From Epiperipatus broadwayi (taxonomy: Eukaryota; Animalia; Onychophora), in NCBI GenBank assembly GCA_028023455.1, contig JAQFVV010000005.1:12152001-12216000 (forward strand): a stretch of DNA of 64,000 nt. The letters run 5' to 3'. Both the position numbers and the translations under genes were made by a program. Shown here one piece after another: positions 13,061-27,400 of the stretch. The first letter of the stretch is position 1. Each line of letters opens with the position of its first letter. The notes beneath the pieces are model-generated. The model was not told the origin of the DNA and did no database searches. It was given only the letters and a program-made list of their open reading frames with translations.

Positions 13061-13790
13061 GCAAACGATTATTCTATGTATAATAAAATTCACTAAACAT
13101 CACATGATCAATCACTATTTCTTATGCTAACACATTACTGTTATTAAAACAGGCAAAAACTCTCCATACAGTAGTGCCACTCAGTGCACTGAGAGGCACT
13201 ATTATATGGAGAGTTTTACCTGTTATAATAAAATTCATAAAATAGTTAATTGTTTATTAATTAATATCTTTGTATTATAATATCAAGTAAAATTCAATGC
13301 TAAACTTTTTTTAAATTTTGATAATATAAATGTCTACCCTACTTCTAATGTCATATATATTTAATGTAAACATTAATGTTCAGCGATTCTTCAATATAAT
13401 TAAAATATACATTAACAAAACTTAATAATAATACAATTATTATTATTTTTAATCAACTATTTGATTCACTTATAAGTTATCAATAATGAAACATGCAAAT
13501 GATTATTTATGTATAATAAATTTTACAAAATAATTGTTTATTAATTAACATCTTTACATTTTAATATCAGATACAATTCAATGCTAAACTTTTTTAATGT
13601 TTTGATAATACAAAAATGTCTATCCCACTTCTAACATCATATATACGTCATTTAATTTAAAAATAAAGGTAATGTTCAGTGAGTATTCAATATAATTAAA
13701 ATATACATTAATAAAACTTAATAATAATACAAATATTATTTCTTTTTTTGAATCAATTATTTAATTCACTTATAAATTATAAACATCTTT
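13061..13790. repeat. Local tandem duplication (about 284-bp offset after removing the insertion)
   Basis: TAATTGTTTATTAATTAA...CAATGCTAAACTTTTT at 13247 and 13531, with similarity continuing for more than 240 bp. Confidence 0.8.
13093..13223. mobile_element. Family A hairpin insertion (no HHR core), 14-bp TSD
   Basis: Inverted family A piece folded onto its sense end. TATAATAAAATTCA at 13079-13092 and 13224-13237. Confidence 0.8.
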
Positions 13791-15094
13791 TTTATTAGAA
13801 AAACTAGAGTTTGCAAGAAACAATGATTTAAATATTTTTACCATTTTAGTATTATGTTCTTTATCGTTCACATTTTTTTTTTTTGATCTGATGATTTTCT
13901 TCATTCTTCTGGCCCATTATCCAAATTTCCAATTGTTTTTCTTGCAATGATAGACATTTGTAAATCAGTTATGAGAGAGAAAATTATTTGAAAGTTTTAA
14001 TTATTGTCCCAATCCTTAAGAATGCAGTTGATGGAAAAAAGAAGGGAATCACTCCCATTTTTAATGCCTTTCTTTAGCCTTCCATGTTATATCCCACCAT
14101 TAAATAAATTGTTTTAAATTTTTTTTAAAAAAAGAACTGAATCCTGTTGACTTTAATTTTTTTAATAGTTTTCTATATTGCACATAAGGAAGTGTCATGT
14201 TTTTTGTTTTTTTTTAAAGATCCATTATGAAGGCTAGACAATATTGCTTAACACATCAATTTTTTTTTTACATATTAATTTTTAAATAATAATTTAACTA
14301 GATTTATTATTATAATCACATACATATTTTTATAATGACTTCATTACTTATAGTAATCTATTTTTTTTAGATACTTAATGGATTAGACCTGCCATGAACA
14401 TCAATGGCACAAACAAAGACATTTAATTAATAATATCTGTTAATGTTTGTATTTTTATTATATATTGTTCACATTACAAAGTCTTTTTTTTAATGATAAA
14501 ATTGCTGGTGGTTGTGTGTACTTGCATTGGCTCACTGTGTCTTCCATTCTACAATCATTCAGACCTTTACTGTTGTGGCTAATGTTGTGCCCTTATATTT
14601 TAAACTATTTTGACTTTATATTTATACTAAGTTTTAATGGGTTGATCTCACCCAAGATATTAATGGAAAAATTTTACTTATAATTATTGTTTATATATAT
14701 ATATTTTAATTATTTATTTACAATAATTTGCTAGATTAAAGTCATCAGTCTCGAAATACATATAATTTTATAATTTAATCCATGATAGTTACTGTTAGAT
14801 AATACTCTTCTGTTATAGATTTAAATATAACCTATTTATACATGTGTCTTAATAGAAAATGGTTATAATTATTTGTAAATTATTTATGTACATTTTGCTT
14901 TGCTTATTGTGAAATGCTTTTATTTTGTGAGCTTCCATTGCAGTTACTGCTAAAGTGCTTATTATAAATTTCTACAATTACTTGATTATGATTGTGCAAA
15001 CTAGTGATAACTGAGAATGTGGAGAATGTACTCTTGAATATGCTTGGTATAAATTTAAATGAGCAAAAAGTTTAGACTTTGTGGCTAATTATTC

Positions 15095-15453
15095 CAATGT
15101 ATAAATACATAAAATGTACTAAAACGCACGAAGACACAAAGCTGAAGACAAAGAAATCTTAATATTTGTATATTGATATAAACTAAATATATGTATCCAA
15201 GTATGTGGCTAAGTGCTTTTGAGGGCCAATATCCTCATATTCATAGCCATCTTGTAAATAAATAGGTTGGTTAAAAGCAATGCAAATTTATTTACAAGAT
15301 GGCTATGAATATGAGGACTTCGGCCCTCAAAAGCAATTAGCCACATACTTAGATACATATATTTAGTTTATATTAATCTACAGTATTAAGTTTTCTTTGA
15401 CTTCAGATTTTTGTGTTCATGCATTTTAGCACATTTTATATATTTATACATTG
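15095..15453. mobile_element. Fold-back element with an A3-U8 hammerhead relic in each arm
   Basis: About 168-bp inverted arms (15095-15263 / 15286-15453). TGGCT-ATGAATA-T-GAGG..CCTC-AAAA-GCAC-TT-AGCCA on the minus strand at 15206-15249, and the same motif with GCAA on the plus strand at 15300-15343. Confidence 0.8.
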
Positions 15454-18400
15454 ATATAAATTATATTTTTTCAGTATAATATTACAATTTATACTTTCCA
15501 AGTTTTCTTAATATTAATTTTTTGTGACATTTATACATAAATCTACCCAGCAGTTTTGTTTCTTCTTTCATATTACATTCGATCCTTCAAGAACATGTTT
15601 TTTTTTTAAAATAAACTGATTTGGTTTTGTTTTTTTAATATCTATTTTTATATAATCTTTTTATTGTTTTTTAGCATTCATTATTTTTCATTAAAAAAAT
15701 AGTTTCATCAAGTTTATAAAAAAACTTTCTACTTCTCTAAGAGATAAATATTTGTGAATGTACTTGTGACTTCATTGAATGGATCCTTAAATATGAAGAA
15801 ATAGTAGAAATATACTGTTATAGCAATCATAAAAACTGTTTGAATTTTACTTTTAACATTTGATTAATTTTACATAAAATGTAAAACAATACTTAAGGAT
15901 TTTCAGGAAATCTGGTTCAGGTCTATTAAATTTGCTCTTTTTTCTTTCAATTGTTAATGTATCTGTACATAAAATACACTCTTAATATTTCCCAGATTCT
16001 TGAAAAAAAAATTGGTCACATTTAATTGTGTTCATAATGCTTATTTTTATATTAGATATCCATTGCAATGGGTGGAATTTTTTTGGTTATTTTTGAAATC
16101 TTTTATAATGAACTTTCAGTCTGAATTTTTTTTTAAATACTGCCCAGGTTTGGTGAAAATGATCATATTAAGGACTTTTTTGGGGTTGTACATTCAAGAT
16201 TTCCTAACTAATTAAACAAATAAAAGAGATTATTATTTTTTTTTTATATGTCAATGCATCGGCTGGGAAGCGAACCCGCAAACCCGGGACAACTGCAATA
16301 TGTAAATTAAAAATTTTGTTCGAATTCTCAGATGGAATTGCTAAGCAAAAAAAACTTGAAAATGTTTGAAAATCTGAAAAAAATATATTTTAGCAAATAA
16401 ATAGTAATTAAAAAAGAAATATTATTTTTTGTTCTTTTGTTTGACCTTTATTTAAGCTATGTGCTATGTTTGCTAATACAATTAATGTGTGAATGTTTGT
16501 ATTGATCACACTTACCAAAAATATTTATTTTTAAATCATTATTTGTTCACTAAATATATGCCTGATCTTGATATTAATTTAACTTTTTCCAATCACTAAA
16601 GATGTTAATTTTCAGTTGGTTTTCAAAAATATTTTTATGATATTTTTTTTTAAACTTAGCTATTAGTTTATCTATTTTGATATAAGGGTGAGAGTACCAC
16701 CAGTTGTTGTATAATCAAAAGAAGATAATATATAATATGAAAATATTAACAAAATTTTAAATAAAAAAAGTACAATTCAATATGTTTGAATTATTTTGTG
16801 GTTGACATTATAGATAGTTATTAGACTTTTTTTTAATATTCTATTTAATCACTTATTTATTATAAAAGTTTTTAAAAAATATTAAATTGAATTTTATTTG
16901 CTTATTGCTATTTCACTTCTAAGAAAACAATAAGTCTTTAAATAATAAATTGTAAACAAAATGAAAAGATTTCTTTTTTAAACTTGTAGCAAAATGAGAA
17001 AAAGTTGATAATGAAATTGCTTACCAAAACGTTACTGTATCTTTCAATTATAAAAATTCAAAGAGAGAGAGAGAAAGAAGGTATCACTGTTATTATTTTA
17101 TAATAACATAAATATCGCTTCAAATTTAGAAAAGACGATGCAGAAAATATTGCTTAGGATAGTGATTTATCAACAATATATGCTAACAATGCGAGTTTGA
17201 AAAATGGATTATTTCTATGGCTCTGAATTCAGAACCAGTCCAAAGAGTCAGTGGATGCAGAAAAATATGTGTACCCAAATTATTCATAGTTCACTGCATA
17301 AAAAACACTTATATAATAAAAATAATGAATATTTCATATTGTGCAAATGTGATACTGTTGGGTATTATAAAGAGTATATGCATATAATAATGTTCATGAG
17401 AGTAATAGTGCAAATTTTAATGTTCTCATTGTTTTATTTTATTTTTATTTATAAGTTATACATATTCTATATGTAATAATTGATAATATAGCAGTTTAAA
17501 CACATATGATATATTGTGGAAGAAATTACTTCCCACCTATATGTCATAAAACTGCCACACACTTTCCCATCAATAAATATTTTAAAAGCATAGTTGTTTT
17601 TTTCCATGTGTATAAACTGCTGTATTATTAATTATTACATATATACCAACTAATACATTCCAGTTGTTAAAAATGAGATTTTCTCTTTCCTGTGATATAT
17701 AATCTGAACTTGTACAAATAATTTGCTATTTTAAATATTAGGCTCAATAAGATTAAGCTATAAATTTAAGCACAGCCAATAAATGTTGGTTTATTTAAAG
17801 AATACCCACTAAGCATAGGTGTCCAGCTATGCTTTTAAAACATTTGTTGACAGGATAGTACATGGCTATTTTATAGGATGTGTGAAGAGTGGTTTTCTTT
17901 CATAATATTTCATATGTTTTATATATATGTGTAAAAATATTCTGAGGATAACTTATACATGAAAAAGTCAAAATGTAAGAAATATGTAACATAAAAATAG
18001 TCCAAATTTTACTGTATATTTTAATGATGGGTGCAGAAAAAGTGCATCTGCAGAAATAATACACAACATTAAATAATATTTAATTTATCATTTAAAAATT
18101 ATAATTAATTAATTTTTGATTTCAATAATATTAAAATGAATGTCATTTACTTGGGATTTATGAGTTAATACAAAGTTTATTGCCTGATGAATCCAGAAGA
18201 TAGTAAAATGATTTGGATGTTTCTGATTATCATCAACTTTCTGTTATAATATGCATGCACATAATATATCCAATTGTTAATGTCATATATAACATTAACA
18301 ACAAATTACTTTTCTTCCCAATCAGTAATTACAAGATGCCTTAAAGCATTTATATATGCAGAGCAGTTTGGTTTTTACTTTTATCAGTGATGTTTAAGAT

Positions 18401-19020
18401 TCAATAATAATGAAGTTATATAGCATTTATCAGTCACTTTTAATTCTATTTTAACATTTAAGGTAAAAACTTGAAATTTAAATCGTATACATAAATTGAT
18501 CATATTTAACTTCATTTTGTTTGCAAAAAAACACTAGCTACCATTACCTATTGTTTTTTTATAGTTAAGAAAAATTTAAATGATACTTTAAATGCAAATC
18601 TCCACTATCATGTTACAAATGAAACGCACACCAAAAGATTATTATTTTCACTTTACAAGTTGATCAAGAAAAAAACTGATCATTTCTTTTGGTCTTAATT
18701 TTTACTTCCAGCTGTGATATCATAATCCCCACGTCAATTTTCGATACTCATCACATGTATAAGAGTACAAAAAAATCTACCAGATACTTGACTTGAAACC
18801 ATCCTAAATCATCAAAAAAGAAAATTTGTATAAAGTAACAAAATCTAATAGTTATTTATTTATCTAGCACTGTGTTAATTTATAACAATCATGTTTAATA
18901 TTACATGTAATACTGATGTGTGGTAAATTATAAAGATTTCACAAGCATCAATTATTAAGACATAGTGAATGAAATTTAAAGTGTTTAATTGAGACTACAT
19001 TTGCATTTCTAAATATATAT

Positions 19021-19879
19021 TGTAACGGAAACCCGGCGATCGAAAGGCTTAAACTTCCCTTTTATATAGATATAATGGGGAATTCTTATAATTCAAGATC
19101 GTCCACTTTTCGCTACCACAAGCAGAGAGAAAATACGGACATAAACGAGTCTATATCCGTACTTGACCGAACTTGTATGCTATACAGGTATAGCATACAA
19201 GTTATATTTCCCGGTCAACTTTCTCCTGACTGTTGTAAGATTTAACAGAGTTACAGCGCTTGGATAATTATAAATTTAATGGGATCAAATACTGCACCAC
19301 TAGCTTCACGTGTTAATTAAGTACTCAAATGAATAATAATTATTTCCCAATCCTAAGACTATACTACTTTTGGAAGTGGCGAAGAAAGAGACGAAACAGA
19401 TTTTACATAAATAAAAGATAATAATGCAATAAATTATAAATAAAGAAACACTCTAATTATTAATACTCAATATAAAAAAAAACAGATTATGCTATAATAC
19501 CACAAAAAATAAATAAATACAATAGAAGATTCTATATATGATTGCAATCTGTGGAAATAACTTATCCCTTTATAGTCATTTCAAATATTCAAAGAGTCTA
19601 ATTAATGTCTATCTCATTATATCTGGGATTGGCAATTGCATTAAATTTAAAAGGTATGTGCACATAAGTTAGATAAAAGGTATTATTCATAATTACCTAG
19701 GTCAATAAGTCTTTGAATAAACTTGGCGTCTTGCTGACCGTCCCGTGGAATTTTTCCACTTCTTTAGTAGGGAACGGTCGCTCTTTGGCTAGATTTGATG
19801 GTTGGGATTCCTCCGTCTTTACAGCATCAAGGCAAGGCAAATGAACCCTTCAACAGGCGCTACGTCGGCAGTTGTTACA
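19021..19879 (-). mobile_element. Solo LTR-like element
   Basis: TGTAAC...GTTACA termini, shares its start TGTAACGGAAA and internal blocks with the 6.4 kb LTR. No PBS and no clear TSD. Confidence 0.5.
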
Positions 19880-21242
19880 TCGAGATGTGAACCATTACAG
19901 CACGGAAGTCTGGATCGACCGGCGATCGCGACTGGCCCTTAGCCACACATCCTTGAAGCTTCCATTATGTTATAGTTTGTTTTCATGTTCCCAAATTTAA
20001 CTTTTCATGTCTGCTTTCTATTATATTTCTCTGCTTCTTATCAGAGCAGTGTCTTCACTGAAGTCTCGACAAATACTGTTTTTCAATTAATTAATTAGTG
20101 TTCTTTATTTTCAAATTCCTTTCTTATCTTGATCTCTTGCTGGGTTTTTTTATTTCATACCTTTTTACTTTAAAAATGCTTTCAACAACTTATACAAAAT
20201 TACTTTTCAACTTGATACAATTTTATAATATAATATTTTACATTATTTATCAATCATTTTCTTTAATAAAATTATTTCATTTTGACATGGAATAAACCGT
20301 ATTCTCTTTATTCATACATTCACACATGCATTTCATTTTCGTCAAAATGTGTAATTTTAAGACCAGATCTTTATCTTTTCGTTGTATTCTAAATTTTACT
20401 TATATTTTATTTACACTCCCCAACTATCGCTTTTTTTATATATATATCATTAAGTTTCTATTTTATTTATATTTCATTTCTCATTTTTTTAATCTTACAT
20501 TAAACACATGATATCGATATTTCTAACTTTAATATTTCTATTCTTTTTTTTTTTTAAATCTGAACTTTGGAGGGCAAAAGATAATAATCTTTTCGATTCT
20601 AATTCCCTCTCGTTTTTAATTAAAAATTTCTTTGTTTTGTAATTTTTTTTAACTTACTTTTCTATAACCCAAGCACAATATTTAACATTCTTTAAATGTT
20701 AAATATCTATGTGTGTGACCGCAGTATGTGCGATCATCACAATATATATATATATTTGGAATGAATCTTTTTTAAATTTTTTTATTAATCATTTAATTTT
20801 CATCTAATATAAATATTTATTTATAATCAAAAATTTACTGTTATGTATACGTTTGGTTCACCTTACTGTATTTACCGTACAAGGGCACCACCAGGCCATT
20901 TGAACCTGGAAAATTTATATAGTACGCAGATACTTACTGTTAAAATCCAACTTTATTTTATATTGACCATTAGCCCATGTCACTAGCTCAAGGAGACGCA
21001 GAGATTTAATATAACATTTCTTAAAAATATATTTTTAATATTAAAAAAATAAAGCAAGCCACTGCCAGTAATAACACACAAAAAACATTTATTAACGCAC
21101 ATATATAAATATTTAAAATTGAGGAATAAATTTTTCATGCTTTTGAATATTATTTAACATGCAGAAGCTGAAAGGTTATTTAAATATAAATTCCAATTGT
21201 AAATTTAACAATAAATCTTGAATATTATACTAATGTGGGTTT

Positions 21243-21867
21243 TAAGCCAATAAACATCACATGATCACTATCTCTTATGCTTGTTGTTAACTGTTATTAA
21301 AACAGGCAAAACTCTCTATACGTATTGTCACTCAGTGTAAGCCAGAGTAATCAATGGATGCCAGAAGGCTTGTACACTGAGTGGCAATATGTATAGAGAG
21401 TTTTTCCTGTTTTAATAACTGTTAAGAGCAAGCATAAGAAATAGTGATCATGTGATGTTTATTGGCTTAAAACCAATCCTGCCTAATAAGATAGTGGTGG
21501 TTATGGTTATTAAAGAACCAAAGACACCAAATTGTATACATACTGAACTGAGTTCAGACCTATATGACTATATAAGCTGATGAGCTTGGATTGAAAATAT
21601 TATAGTGTTTTTAATTTAGGTCTCATAGTTTTGTAGTTAAGTAGAGATAAAAGGTGGCTGCTAGAGGGTTGCATTAGATCCTAAGATCTAGGTATAGTGC
21701 TCTCAGATCCAAGACTCCTCACTGATGAAGGTCACAAGCCAGAAACTAGTCTGGGGATATTGGACGAGCAGGCACTAGATGGGGATTTTATGCACAAGCC
21801 TTATGGCATCCATTGATTACTCTATCTTGCACTGAATGGCAATACATATAGAGAGTTTTGCCTGTTT
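21243..21867 (+). mobile_element. Family A element: inverted piece plus more than one full 455-bp monomer, 12-bp TSD
   Basis: TAATGTGGGTTT at 21231-21242 and 21868-21879. GAGAGTTT block repeats at 21396 and 21851. Hairpin at about 21237-21475. Confidence 0.9.
21716..21757 (+). ncRNA. Minimal type I hammerhead ribozyme (family A)
   Basis: TCCTCA-CTGATGA-A-GGT cacaa GCC-A-GAAA-CTAG-TC-TGGGGA; 6-bp stem I. Confidence 0.8.
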
Positions 21868-23461
21868 TAATGTGGGTTTTACAGCATCTTATTTATAAAA
21901 GTTTGCTAAACCTTCATTTATTTATTTTATTATGGATTACTTTATCAGTTCATATAACACTACTAGTTTAGCTCATACACATGTTCATTATATATTTATG
22001 TTATTTAATTAGTATTATTTTAAGTTCCTATTTTATAATTTACAGGACATTAATAAGAACCAGCATTCTTTATTATTATTTTTTTTATTATCGATCGTAT
22101 TGGCATAAATTAGGGATTTGAAGCCAGGATATATAAAGTCTTTTATATTTTTTGTCTCAATATTTTCTTTTATTATTATAAATTTTGAATCTTATAATTT
22201 GATTTTAAATGGTCTCTATCTTTCAGGAATTGTACATCAATATAAATTTGATTCTTCAATTTGCAGAGCATGTCAATGAGTTTCTCTTGTATCTTATTTA
22301 AAGTTTTTTTTGTGATAACAGTGTTCATCTCAATGCTCTCCTTTTATACTTTTACTATACATATATATTGTAACCCAAAGCTCAGGTCGCAACTTAGATA
22401 GGAGCAAAAGATAATGGGTTGAGATAAATACGTTTGTGTTGAATATGTTTGATATTGAATGTATCTTTATGGAAAATAAACTAAATAAACATATATTTAT
22501 TTTTATCCCTCTAATAACAATAATTAAATAATGTACTTGTCCGATTTTTATGTCCATTCAACAAAACTTAGAATCTGAACAAAAGTACCTCAAATCCAAT
22601 CATGCCTGAGATGCACAGTCAGGAGCAGTCATGAATTTTAACCTATTTGCCCATTCCCCAAGTCTATAACAACATGAACAACATCTCTGATGATACAGAT
22701 GAATTCAATTCATTCCAGACATGATATCTTATGGCTAAATATTATTAACTAACTAAATTTTAAATGAGAAGTTGAATATAAATGATAATATAATACGTAT
22801 AGATGGATAGATTAAGGAATAATGATATTAAATTGATTGGTGAATGGCTAACAGTGTAATGTCAGAGCAAATAAATTATAATAAAAGGGGCACCTACCTA
22901 TGATAAGCAGGATATAGATAACCCAGATATAATGAATTCTTTAGAATAATGAATTATCATAAACAGATATTAAAACTAAATTGAATAATGATTCGAACAC
23001 TTGAATAAATTGAGGTATAAGCTTTAATAAATGCACGATGACATAGTCATTTGTATATTATAATCACAGGTTTTATGCAAGTAATCTTAGGTTTGCATAA
23101 TAATAGGGTTATATAATTTAATATTTGTACAATATATGATGTGCCATTTAAGGAAAATGTGAACCGAAAACCAAACTCATGATAAATGATACATATATGT
23201 TGTATAATCAATACAGCGCAATTTAATATGCCAATAATAATTAGATATCACTTTCTTATAAGTAATTTAATAATATTAACATAAGTAATTTAATAATATT
23301 AACACCACTTTAGAATTAAAGAATATGTAACTAATGACTGTCATGAAATGAATGAGAAGCCTTTTATTATTTATAGTCATGATTTCTAACATTGGTGAAT
23401 ATTATTACATCAAAGAAATGGAGTAATTAACCTTTGAACTTTGCATATAATTACTTCACTC

Positions 23462-23510
23462 AGAGCTATGAAGATGAGAACACGTCTCTTGAAAGCGTTT
23501 GCAGAGTAAT
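23462..23510 (+). ncRNA. Degenerate hammerhead-like relic
   Basis: GCT-ATGAAGA-T-GAGA acacg TCTC-TT-GAAA-GCGT-TT. Stem I is poor and position 3-8 is A-G. Confidence 0.25.
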
Positions 23511-24230
23511 ATAATTTTATTTTGTTTTTAAGTAAAAAGTAGCTTTGCGGTCAGGTGCAATAGCGCCTATATTATTTTACAAATATAGGTTACAATAAAT
23601 ATAGGCAATTAATCATGTATTTAATTTAATAAGATTTTATTTACCCATAAAATCAATTGAGTTTAACAATCTAAATAATAGAGGGAGAATTACTAACACA
23701 TCCAGGGATTGTTTATCAGGAAGGGCAGATAGCTTAATACAAGCTTTATTTGTGATATTCCAATACAATTAACATTAATAAATAAAGAATGGGTTACTAT
23801 TATCACAGCATTATGACTTGCACCATCTGTATTATGGTATTGTATCTCAATTTCATAAGTAAACTGATCGGATATGTCTGTGTTAATTATTTTATAACCG
23901 GTAATGCATAAAATACTATTAATTATGAAGGTATGGAGAAAATCTATCACTGATTTGTAAGTCTTAAATCAATATTTCAAATTATATCATACTAATTATT
24001 TTAAGTTTTATATCAACAATTCTCAGAATGATTCATCCTCATTTTGAATGAGCAAGCAAAAGAAAAGAAAGTGTAGCTAGTTAAGTTATTTAATTGATTT
24101 ATGAAGGATAACTTGACCTCTTACTCATATATTTAAACCCACATTGTATTATTTGATGTTTAACTACCCCAGTGTTGATTTAGTTAGCAGAATATTGGAG
24201 TAAGCTAATAGCATATGTGTATTTTAAGTA

Positions 24231-24480
24231 AAAATACCAAGAAGTTTAATTTCATATTTTACTATTCTAGCGAAGTGTTATAATGTTTCTTTTCATAAGC
24301 ATATCAGAATTGACTGATGGCTTGCTTATATTTGAAATAAAATACAAAAAGTTTAATTTCATATTTAATTATTCTAGTGTAATGTTTATAATGTTTCTTT
24401 TTGTAAGCTTATCAGAATTGACTGAGAGCTGGTATATGTTTGGAATAAAATACAAGGAAGTTTATTTTAACGTTAGTTAC
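24231..24480. repeat. 108-bp tandem repeat, about 2.3 copies
   Basis: AAAATAC(C/A)A..AAGTTTA starts at 24231, 24339 and 24447. Confidence 0.8.
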
Positions 24481-27400
24481 TCTCATATAAACTATTCAGT
24501 CATTGATATTGGAATTATCCAAAACATGTATATGTTTAAATTAGAAATGCAAAATGTTTATTTAGTTATATCTAGTAATAAATGTTTTATTTATTTAATA
24601 ACTTTGTTGAGAATTATTCTTTGGCATGTATTTGTGTTCTGTTTCCACACATGCACACACACTTATAAATCCAATATGATATGATTGCACTATTCCATAA
24701 CTTAATGATCTGTTGATGTTGTTTTCTTGATTCAAATACCATATGAAGTGCTTGATTAATTAATGATTCTCTGGAAATTTTTAGTATTCAGTTATTATTT
24801 AGATGATGAATTGAAATCAAAATGTACTCTATTTCTTTTATTGTCTAATTACTATTTTATTAGAATAATGCTTAGTTTATGTCATTACTTTTATAATGGT
24901 AATTAGTAATTGTTGTAGAATAGAGATTTAAAATTAAGCCATACAATAAATTAATTCCCTGAGATATTCCCTTATTATTTTAGATTTGACATCAATGTAG
25001 TTATTTATTTTAAATTACTGTACAATAAAAGTTAAGTAGTATTATATTTTATTTTGTATTTAATTTTAACTTACCATACATAGAGTTAATCAAAACTACA
25101 TCTTTATTTTATTAATTTAATTCTACCACACAGCAAAAGTTGTTTGATACATTAGATGATAGAAGGATATGAGATTAAACTATAACTTGTAAATTTAAAT
25201 GGTGGAACTTTACCAATTTCAATTATTTATGTATTTTAAAACTTAATAGATATATTACTTCTATTAATTCATGTTTCCTCCTATGTTTAGTATGCATTTT
25301 ATACCTTATAGATTTCTGTAGCCCCCACTGAGCTAAGCTATAGTAGGACAGCATTGTAAGAGTCTTGATAGTAATTTAAAGCAAGATCAGGACTAGTAGT
25401 TTATTCTATTACTAATAGAATTGGCTCCCTGGGTATTTGTTGATAGGAAATGTAGGATAGGTTTTGGGGGAGGGTTACAATATATAGAGTGTTAAATGGA
25501 GAATCGTTAAATAAGAAATTAAAATACAACAAATATAACTGGCACTACATCACCAGTGTATTAGTAGACAGAGAATTACATTTACAAAGATTAAATAAAG
25601 TATATATAATTGAAATAAGAATATGCAAGTTCTTTAAAGTGGCATTGAAATGGTTATCTTCTGATGACGTGTAGACTTGCCGACCAGCCAGATTAACATT
25701 CTCGCAAAACAGTTCATATTAAAGCATGGTTAGCAATACTTATTTCATTGAGTGACAGATAACATCTCCATGAAATCACATTATACATTTAATTAGGCAG
25801 TCCATCGGTTTTATATAACAGGAATGGCATTATTGCTAGGAGACAATTTTTGGAAGATCGGGAAAGGTGAATTCTGTCCCACTACTCGAGCTTCATATTA
25901 TTGAAATTTTGAGTGACGATTCTCTTAGCCCACGAACATAAAATATCTTCTCTTCCCCTTCTTGTGTCATATTGACCTATCTTTATAGAGTTCTACTATC
26001 TCAGGAATGCAATATGGATAGTTACTTTGTGTGATTTCTATCAGCAGGAAACATGTTTTTGTCTTTAAACATAGTAGAAGTTGTAACTGAATGATAAGTT
26101 ACTGAAGGTATTGTTTGAATCTATTTCCAATTTAGAAACACACCCGAATATATATAATTCTAATTAAATTATTAGACTGGCCAAAATTAATTAAATGAAT
26201 GACTTTTTTCTTAAACTAATGTGTTGCTCTTTTGTTTACTAAATTTAAGTTATGCTAATTACCTTCCAGAACTTTCTCAAGTATTGCATCAACTTCTATA
26301 ACTATTTCATATGAGCTAATGCTAAAAAGACAATAATAAAGAAACAAATGTAATAATATTTTATATAATATTATAGGTATCCGTCATACATAGAAACACA
26401 TACATGACTACTTATGGTTATGGAATTAAATATCCCCAGTATTTAAACTATAAGTAACTTTATAAATCAAATACTTATAGATAAATAATTAGGAGGATAG
26501 GAATAGTTATGTCTATATGCATGCTTATACCCTCTGATAATCCATGTACATGGAAGAATGGGTTTGAACCTCACCTTATGATTAATCATGTAACAGACAG
26601 TGAAGCAAAAATATATATCACATATTTACCACTTCAATAATTATTGTAATGATTAAAATACCTTAGGATACTATTATGAATTTATCAAATAATGTTAATG
26701 GGTTATTATGTGCACAAACTGTATTAGAATGTATAATGTATAAAGATTTACTCTAAGATAAATATGTGTGTTTATTCAGATATGGTTAACAGTTAATTCT
26801 CTCATTCCCAAATTAAAGGTAAGGTTAAATCAATTAATTTTCTCAGGGCTCTTAACTAAATGTAATTAAATTATTAATTTGACAAAATATAAAATTATAA
26901 TTAACTTATTCCAAGTATGATCATGGGATTAAAGGGGTTTTGTTGTTTTTCATCATATCTTATTGAATTTTGTATTACAACTAGAAATGAAAATAACAAA
27001 TGATGCAAATGTATTTAATAAAGAAAATAACTTTAATAAAAAAGAAGTATGACCTATTTTATTTCAATAATGTGTGAAAATATGATTTCAGTAATGACAA
27101 ACAAATATGTTATAAATATAACAACTATTTTATTATTAATAATTATATAAAACAAAGCAAAATATTAACAAACAATAAATATACTGATAATTTCAAATAT
27201 TCTCAGCAAATTAATAAATATTATCTGTTCTTTTTAAATAATCTAATCTTGCTTTATGAGTATGGTCAATAAAATGATGGAAATACAAGACAAATTGAAG
27301 AGGGTTATACACTGATCATTCTATGACTACCATTAACTATATGTGGATAAGAATGTTTTAAAACATTCTTAATCTTTTTTCACTGTGACTATTACTCAAC

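Noticed and set aside
19170-19207. loxP-like string (GTATAGCATACA...AGTTAT)
   Set aside because: It lacks the 13-bp loxP arms and asymmetric spacer layout. It is an ordinary palindrome within an LTR, so the resemblance is likely chance.
21575-21615. Second CTGATGA...GAAA motif in the family A monomer
   Set aside because: The other copies read CTAATGA, and stem I is not contiguous with an NUH site. At most a relic.
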